64,000 nucleotides of DNA from an uncultured Candidatus Saccharibacteria bacterium (GTDB lineage: Bacteria > Patescibacteriota > Minisyncoccia > Phycocordibacterales > DAORIS01): positions 3,712 to 67,711 of the forward strand of contig CAZXUH010000001.1 of the NCBI GenBank assembly GCA_964644035.1, given 5' to 3'. Position 1 is the first letter of the stretch. The number at the start of each line of letters is the position of its first letter. Shown here piece by piece: positions 57,411 through 64,000 of the stretch. The notes below the pieces were generated by a model. That model did not search any database. It was given only the letters and a program-made list of their open reading frames with translations, and was not told the origin of the DNA. Position numbers and translations under genes: made by a program.

Positions 57411-59186
57411 TTATTTCTTCTCTGAAATTTGTTTCTGGAGTAATTCTACAATCTTTTCTACAGACGAAGGTTCTGATTTTGTACCATCTCGGTATTCAAT
57501 AGTATAGAGGCCGCTTTCGCTTTCTTTATTTCCAACAACCACCCAGCATGCAATACGCTCAACTTTTGTCTGACGTATTTTTTTACCTAGGCTTTCATTG
57601 CTTGAATCTGTCTGTGCTCTAATACCTACAGTTTTGAGTGCAGTCGTGACTTCATTGGCTTTGTCAGCTTGAGCGTCTGAAACTGGAATGACTGCTGTTT
57701 GAACGGGTGAAAGCCAGAGAGGGAAATTGCCACCATAGTGTTCGATAATAATACCCATAAATCTCTCAAGAGAACCTGAAATCGCACGGTGTATAACAAC
57801 AGGTCTTTCTTTCTCACCTTTTTCATTGACGAAACTAAGATCAAATCGTTCAGGAAGGTTGAAGTCGCACTGTATCGTTGCGAGCTGCCATTCGCGACCA
57901 ATAGAATCCTTGAACATAAAGTCGAGCTTCGGTCCGTAAAATGCTGCTTCACCTTCTACACGTTTGTAGTTGAGTTTGTTGCTGATTGCTGCATCCTCAA
58001 GTGCTTTCTCGGCTTTATTCCAGACATCATCACTACCAAGATAGACCGACTTGTCTTCACCGCGCACTGAGAGGCGCACCCAATAGTCGGCCATGAGGTT
58101 GAAACTTTCATAAAAGGTTTTAATGACCTCTACTATTGTCGATACTTCTTGATTGATCTGATCAACGCGGCAGAAAAGATGACCATCGTCTTGAGTGATA
58201 GAACGTACGCGAGTCAATCCTGCGAGCTGACCGGTCTTTTCATCTCTATATACAGTAGCTGGTTCAAAATAGCGCACCGGCATGTCTCTGTATGAAAATT
58301 GATTGTCAGCAAATATCTGCATGTGGTGAGGGCAGTTCATGGGCTTCAAGATAAACTGCTCGTCTTTGCCAGAAACTCTAAAGAGCTCGTCGCCAAACTT
58401 GGCTGCATGGCCAGAGGTAACATACAAGTCTTCTTTACCAATATGGGGCGTCCATACTCTTTCGTAGCCTCTATTTTTATGTAAATCCCACAAATAGTCC
58501 TCAATAGCTTTTCTAATAATCATTCCTCGAGGCTGCATGAGAGGAAGTCCTGAACCGACAAGAGGTGAGAGACTGAAGAGTTTGAGTTCTTTGCCGAGTT
58601 TGCGATGATCTCGCTTCTTGGCTTCTTCTTGCATGAAAACGTATTTATCAAGAGCCTCTTTTGATTCAAATGCCAAACCATATATACGGGTGAGCATTTT
58701 TTTACTTTCATCACCACGCCAATACGCACCGGCAATTCTTTCAAGTCTAAATGAATCGGCATCGATATCTTTCATCGACTGCGCATGTCCACCGCGACAG
58801 AGATCGGTAAATGAATTCTTTCCTTCGCCAGATTCATAGAGAGTTATTTTCTCGCCCTTGGCAGTAATTTCGTCGATAAGTTCGAGTTTGTATGGATTGT
58901 CGGCAAAAAGCGCTCGAGCTGTTTTTTCATCGACATCTTTTTTCTTAAAAGTATCCCAATGGGGAAGTATGTCCTTCATCTTCTTCTCTATATGTGCAAG
59001 ATCAGCCTCAGTGACAGGTTTTATGAATTCGAAGTCATAGTAGAAGCCATTGTCTACTGCTGGGCCAATAGTATTGAGCGTATCTGGGTAGAGCTCGAGG
59101 ACGGCTGCGGCGAGAAGGTGGGCGAGAGAGTGTCTTTGATGTTCGAGCACCGAAGCGTCGGCCTCTGTAGGGTGAGTTGATTTCAT
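57411..59186 (-). CDS. thrS: Threonine--tRNA ligase (lacks N-terminal TGS domain)
   Basis: RHSLAHLLA, GFYYDF, DLCRGGH, RDHRKLG, KPMNCPHH, GLTRVR, AFYGPKLD, IHRA. Confidence 0.97.
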   Translation of the reverse strand: MKSTHPTEADASVLEHQRHSLAHLLAAAVLELYPDTLNTIGPAVDNGFYYDFEFIKPVTEADLAHIEKKMKDILPHWDTFKKKDVDEKTARALFADNPYKLELIDEITAKGEKITLYESGEGKNSFTDLCRGGHAQSMKDIDADSFRLERIAGAYWRGDESKKMLTRIYGLAFESKEALDKYVFMQEEAKKRDHRKLGKELKLFSLSPLVGSGLPLMQPRGMIIRKAIEDYLWDLHKNRGYERVWTPHIGKEDLYVTSGHAAKFGDELFRVSGKDEQFILKPMNCPHHMQIFADNQFSYRDMPVRYFEPATVYRDEKTGQLAGLTRVRSITQDDGHLFCRVDQINQEVSTIVEVIKTFYESFNLMADYWVRLSVRGEDKSVYLGSDDVWNKAEKALEDAAISNKLNYKRVEGEAAFYGPKLDFMFKDSIGREWQLATIQCDFNLPERFDLSFVNEKGEKERPVVIHRAISGSLERFMGIIIEHYGGNFPLWLSPVQTAVIPVSDAQADKANEVTTALKTVGIRAQTDSSNESLGKKIRQTKVERIACWVVVGNKESESGLYTIEYRDGTKSEPSSVEKIVELLQKQISEKK

Positions 59187-59227
59187 GAATACAATCCTAG
59201 CAGTTTAGGGCTTTATAGAGAAGAGGA

Positions 59228-59256
59228 TTGACTAAATTGATAAATTACATTATAGT
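59228..59256 (+). promoter_or_regulatory. Sigma70 promoter TTGACT-17-TATAGT
   Basis: Hexamers with 17 bp spacing upstream of an SD-led ORF. Confidence 0.7.
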
Positions 59257-59291
59257 ATTATTTAGAACCTTAACATTTAATGGGAGGAATT

Positions 59292-59564
59292 ATGCTCAAG
59301 TTGGAGTGTAAGCCAATCGTTCTTGCTCGGTTTTTTTTCTCACTGACCCGTGTTGATGTGAGGAGCGAAATCATTGATTTTGTTGCTGACAACGAACCAA
59401 CAACAAGAAAGGAAATTTTCAGTTATCTATTCAGTCTCAATGTCTCGGATCGAGACGCCACATCCGCATTTCTTGATCTGATCGATGATCCGATCGAGGA
59501 AGACAGGCTGCTGCGTTTTACTGAGAAAAATTTTGTTGTTCTTCGAGACAGTGAGTACGATTAG
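59292..59564 (+). CDS. Small orphan protein, 90 aa, SD-led (possible winged-helix fold)
   Basis: GGAGG SD, own promoter and terminator; EIIDFV..NEPTTRKEIF pattern. Confidence 0.6.
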   Translation: MLKLECKPIVLARFFFSLTRVDVRSEIIDFVADNEPTTRKEIFSYLFSLNVSDRDATSAFLDLIDDPIEEDRLLRFTEKNFVVLRDSEYD

Positions 59565-59576
59565 TATGACGACACG

Positions 59577-59611
59577 AACACCGTTCCTGACAAAGGGAGG
59601 GTGTTTTTTTT
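59577..59611 (+). terminator. Intrinsic terminator
   Basis: AACACC-G-TTCCT...AGGGA-G-GGTGTT followed by a T run. Confidence 0.7.
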
Positions 59612-59678
59612 ATTAAATCTTCAGCTTTCCTTCATACCCTTTGTGCAATACTCCAAGCATATTAATAATTTTAAAAAT

Positions 59679-59984
59679 ATGGAGGAACAATTCAATAAGT
59701 TGTATTTGTTTTTAGGAGAAAAGTTTGGACATATCGAAAAGAGATTCGAGGGTATGGATCTAAGAATAGACAGTCTTGATGATAAATTTGATAGAGAATT
59801 TAGAGTTGTGCATGACGAAATTAATATTATAAATAATAGAATTGGCGAATTAGATTTAAAATTTAGTAGGGAATTTGAAGACACTCAATACATTCTCGAA
59901 ACTATCATGGATAATGCCGCTACAAAGGAAGATATGTCATCAATGCGCTCATATTTAGGTATGGAAATGCTTGAAGTGTCGTGA
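59679..59984 (+). CDS. Small acidic coiled-coil protein, 101 aa
   Basis: KFGHIEKRFEGMDLRIDSLDDKF heptads; C-terminal ATKEDM. Confidence 0.7.
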   Translation: MEEQFNKLYLFLGEKFGHIEKRFEGMDLRIDSLDDKFDREFRVVHDEINIINNRIGELDLKFSREFEDTQYILETIMDNAATKEDMSSMRSYLGMEMLEVS

Positions 59985-60019
59985 TTTTGATTGGTTAGGG
60001 TAGGTTGTGTATAAAATCC

Positions 60020-60047
60020 TTGACTTTAGAAAGATTTCATATATGAT
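60020..60047 (+). promoter_or_regulatory. Promoter TTGACT-16-TATGAT upstream of rpoB
   Basis: Hexamers; spacer shared with the promoter at 29158. Confidence 0.65.
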
Positions 60048-60156
60048 GGATGCTCTCTAGGGCACGAATGAGTTATGGCACGCTCCAAGGGGCATTTATA
60101 AGCAATATTATAGCTTGCGCTCAAACCTCATCTAACTTAACCTGAAAAAACAAAAA

Positions 60157-60186
60157 CCTTTGGCTGACCGAAGGCTTTCTTTTTTT
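60157..60186 (+). terminator. Terminator-like hairpin upstream of rpoB
   Basis: CCTTTGG-CTGA-CCGAAGG followed by a T-rich tract. Confidence 0.6.
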
Positions 60187-60247
60187 GTGTTGAGAAATGA
60201 GAAGATGCTCTTGCTGTTATAGACTGACGGTTAATTTTTTATACACA

Positions 60248-63200
60248 ATGTCTATTCATACTAATCCTCACTATGCGGGACGTGAGAAAAAGTATTTCGG
60301 CAAATACAAAAAGCCGATGATCGAGATGCCCAATCTCGTAGAAGCACAGACCGAGTCGTACAAGGCGCTCGTCGAAAAAGGTTTGGAGGAAGTCTTCAAG
60401 GAATTCTCTTCCATGAAGGACTATTCGGAAAAGAAATTTGAGCTCGACTTTGTCGGTTTGACACTTGGCGAACCTCAATACGACGAATTTTACGCAAAAG
60501 ACAACAAGCTTACGTACGAAGCTCCTCTCAAGATCATGACACGTTTCAAGAATAAGATTCTTGGCACAGTCAAAGAACAGGAAATCTTCATGGCTGATTT
60601 TCCTCTCATGACATCTCACGGTACGTTTATTATTTCCGGTATCGAACGAGTCATCGTCCCACAACTCGCACGATCATTTGGAGTATTCTTCACTGCCAAT
60701 GAAGCAAAAGGTAAAAAACTCTTCGGTGCCAAAGTCATTCCTTCACGTGGTGCTTGGATGGAGATCGAAACCGAACCCGACGGTGCCATCTTCATAAGAA
60801 TTGACAAGAAGCGCAAATTCCCCGCATCTGTGCTTCTTCGAGTACTTGGTGCTTCTAAAACAGAAGCTATCAAAGAGCTTTTCAAGGATCATGAACATGC
60901 AGCAAAGCAGATCTCAGCAACACTTGCAAAAGACCACACAGAAAATGCAAACGACGCCTATGTTGAGCTCTATAAGCGACTTCGCGACGGTGATCTAGCA
61001 ACAGTAGACAATGCCAAGGAATTCATCGGTTCTATCTTCAGCGAAGAACGTTATGACCTATCAAGGGTTGGACGTTTTCGTTTCAACAAGCGCTTCAAAA
61101 AAGGTATGGAAGAGAAGTCTCTCAATAGAAAAACACTCGATCTCGAAGACGTAGTAACGATTCTCACTCAGATCGCAGAACTCAACCATGTTCCAGAATC
61201 TCTCGAAGACGATATCGATCACCTTGGTAGCCGACGCGTACGATATGTCGGTGAAATGCTCCAGCAAAAAATTCGCGTCGGTCTTTCACAGATGAAGCGA
61301 AACATTCAGGATCGAATGTCGACAGCTGACACCGATATCACACTTCCTGTACAGCTTATTTCTCCAAAACCTCTTCAGGCTCGTATCAAGGAATTCTTCA
61401 CGACCAACCAACTTTCACAGTTCATGCAGCAGGAAAACATTCTTTCTGAGCTCGAACACTTGCGCACGCTTTCTGCTCTTGGTCCTGGAGGTCTTACACG
61501 TGAACGTGCAGGCTATGAAGTGCGCGACGTGCATCCATCTCACTATGGACGACTTTGCCCTATTCACACACCAGAAGGTCCAAACATTGGTCTTATCTTG
61601 CGTTTGTGCGGATATGCTCAACTCAATCATTTCGGAATGATTGAAACTCCATATGCAAAAGTAGTAAAGGGTAAGATCACAGGCGAAATCGTCTATCTCA
61701 ATGCTCTTGAAGAAGAAGGTTACAACATTGCCCATGCTGCAGTAGATTCTGATGACAGTGGCAAGATTTCACAGGATGTTATCGAAGTTCGATACGCCGG
61801 TGAGCCAAAAGAAGTGCCTCGAGACGAAGTACAATATATAGACATTGCGCCTCACCAAGCCTTTTCTATTGCGACGGCCATGATTCCATTCCTCAACCAC
61901 GATGATGCCAGCCGAGCATTGATGGGATCGAACATGCAGAAACAGGCTACACCTTGTATCGTGCCTGAAGCTCCGCTTGTTGCCACAGGTATTGAGCACA
62001 TGGCTGGCAAATACAGCGGCCGAGTGATCATTTCTGAAGAAGATGGTACCGTCACTGCTGCCGACGCTCGACATATTATTGTCAAAAACGGCAAGGGTAA
62101 GGAAAAAGAATACAAACTCATCAATTACTCACGAACCAACGGCTTCACTGCTTTCCACCAGCGCCCAATCGTTAATGTTGGCGATAAGGTTAAAAAGGGT
62201 GCAGTACTTGGCGACACCTCATCATCTGTCGATGGTCAGATTGCCATTGGTCAGAACATGCTTGTAGCGTTCATGACATGGCACGGTTCAAACTACGAAG
62301 ACGCTATTATTCTTTCTGAACGTGTCGTAAAGAACAGCAAATTTACTTCTATTCACATTGAAGAATTTGCAGTCAACGTGCGCGATACCAAACTTGGTCC
62401 AGAAGTCACCACTCCCGACATACCAAACGTTAGCGAACTCAAACTCAAGAACCTCGATGAAGAAGGTGTAGTACGAGTTGGTGCTGAAGTTCGACCAGGC
62501 GACATTCTTGTTGGTAAAATTACTCCAAAAGGCGAGACACAGCTTACTCCTGAAGAACGTCTCTTGCGGTCACTCTTCGGTGAAAAGGCTCGCGATGTCA
62601 AAGACACTTCTAAGCGTCTTGAAAATGGCAAACGAGGTCGCGTTATTTCAGTAAAAGTATTTTCACGAGAAAAAGGCGATCGTCTCGAATCAGGTATTAT
62701 CAAGCGCATTCATATTGAAGTGGCACAACTGCGAAATATTCAGGTTGGAGACAAGCTTGCTGGACGTCACGGTAACAAGGGTGTGATCTCAACAATTCTT
62801 AAAGAAGAAGATATGCCATATACAGCAGATGGCCGACCAGTCGACGTGATTCTCACACCACTTGGCGTGCCGAGCCGTATGAACCTCGGTCAGATTCTTG
62901 AAATGCACCTTGGTCTTGCTGCAAACACACTTGGTTATCAGGCTATTGTGCCACCTTTCTGTGGAGCAACTGACAGTGAAATCAAAACAGAATTGGTAAA
63001 GGCTGGCTATCCTGAAAGCGGAAAAGTAAAACTTCTCGATGGTCGCACCGGTATGGCATTTGATCAGGATATTGCTATCGGTTACATGTATATTCTCAAA
63101 CTTCACCACATGGTTGAAGACAAACTCCATATGCGTTCGATTGGTCCTTACTCTCTTATCACCCAGCAGCCGCTTGGAGGTAAGGCACAGCAGGGAGGTC

Positions 63201-63463
63201 AGCGATTTGGAGAAATGGAAGTGTGGGCACTTCTTGGCCACGGGGCTGCGCACAACTTGCGCGAGGTGCTCACGATTAAGTCGGACGATATTATCGGCCG
63301 ATCACAGGCATTTGATTCGATCGTCAAAGGCGAGCGCATCAAGACTCCAAATCTTCCAGCATCGTTCAACGTGCTTCTTGCAAACATGAAGGGTCTTGCA
63401 CTCGACATCGATTTGGAAACAAAAAGGTCGCCAGAACAGGATGAAGATCAGACCAATTCATAA
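60248..63463 (+). CDS. rpoB: RNA polymerase beta subunit
   Basis: GTFII.G.ERV, DDIDHLG.RR, HYGRLCP..TPEGPNIG, GDKLAGRHGNKG, GGQRFGEME. Confidence 0.98.
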   Translation: MSIHTNPHYAGREKKYFGKYKKPMIEMPNLVEAQTESYKALVEKGLEEVFKEFSSMKDYSEKKFELDFVGLTLGEPQYDEFYAKDNKLTYEAPLKIMTRFKNKILGTVKEQEIFMADFPLMTSHGTFIISGIERVIVPQLARSFGVFFTANEAKGKKLFGAKVIPSRGAWMEIETEPDGAIFIRIDKKRKFPASVLLRVLGASKTEAIKELFKDHEHAAKQISATLAKDHTENANDAYVELYKRLRDGDLATVDNAKEFIGSIFSEERYDLSRVGRFRFNKRFKKGMEEKSLNRKTLDLEDVVTILTQIAELNHVPESLEDDIDHLGSRRVRYVGEMLQQKIRVGLSQMKRNIQDRMSTADTDITLPVQLISPKPLQARIKEFFTTNQLSQFMQQENILSELEHLRTLSALGPGGLTRERAGYEVRDVHPSHYGRLCPIHTPEGPNIGLILRLCGYAQLNHFGMIETPYAKVVKGKITGEIVYLNALEEEGYNIAHAAVDSDDSGKISQDVIEVRYAGEPKEVPRDEVQYIDIAPHQAFSIATAMIPFLNHDDASRALMGSNMQKQATPCIVPEAPLVATGIEHMAGKYSGRVIISEEDGTVTAADARHIIVKNGKGKEKEYKLINYSRTNGFTAFHQRPIVNVGDKVKKGAVLGDTSSSVDGQIAIGQNMLVAFMTWHGSNYEDAIILSERVVKNSKFTSIHIEEFAVNVRDTKLGPEVTTPDIPNVSELKLKNLDEEGVVRVGAEVRPGDILVGKITPKGETQLTPEERLLRSLFGEKARDVKDTSKRLENGKRGRVISVKVFSREKGDRLESGIIKRIHIEVAQLRNIQVGDKLAGRHGNKGVISTILKEEDMPYTADGRPVDVILTPLGVPSRMNLGQILEMHLGLAANTLGYQAIVPPFCGATDSEIKTELVKAGYPESGKVKLLDGRTGMAFDQDIAIGYMYILKLHHMVEDKLHMRSIGPYSLITQQPLGGKAQQGGQRFGEMEVWALLGHGAAHNLREVLTIKSDDIIGRSQAFDSIVKGERIKTPNLPASFNVLLANMKGLALDIDLETKRSPEQDEDQTNS

Positions 63464-64000
<537 letters not shown>

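Overview
This window is a gene-dense chromosomal segment, mostly on the + strand, with the signature of a Patescibacteria (CPR, Parcubacteria-like) genome. That assignment is an inference from compact RpoB/PheS/PheT/ThrS/ObgE, a stand-alone VirD4-like ATPase, an S74 'tail-fibre-like' secreted protein and MYG1; TGA is used as a stop. Housekeeping genes are pyk, radC, murD, murC, murB, secA, eno, gpmI, obgE, gatB, pheST, gyrB, thrS, rpoB and rpoC. A ~19.5 kb surface-glycan locus (9616-29143) holds three GT11 paralogues, wzm/wzt, a GDP-mannose 3',5'-epimerase, methyltransferases and an O-antigen-ligase-like protein. A sortase locus includes a VPYTG-type substrate with an unusual cytoplasmic tail. 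No rRNA, tRNA, CRISPR array, IS or prophage was seen. The strongest signal is a two-tier expression architecture. Many core genes appear leaderless (-10 hexamer 6-9 nt before the start codon, no SD), whereas a few small orphan genes are SD-led units with their own terminators. One of these is csrA, whose leader carries CsrA-type GGA sites, and another ends in a terminator with a canonical CAAGGAUG loop. This suggests, unproven, a CsrA circuit acting selectively on SD-led accessory genes. Further non-coding signals: a TTCATACC-N8-(-10) motif in three promoters, an identical 20-mer in two promoters that each drive a short terminated RNA, duplicated terminators and DnaA boxes. Product calls come from motif recognition only; no database searches were run.
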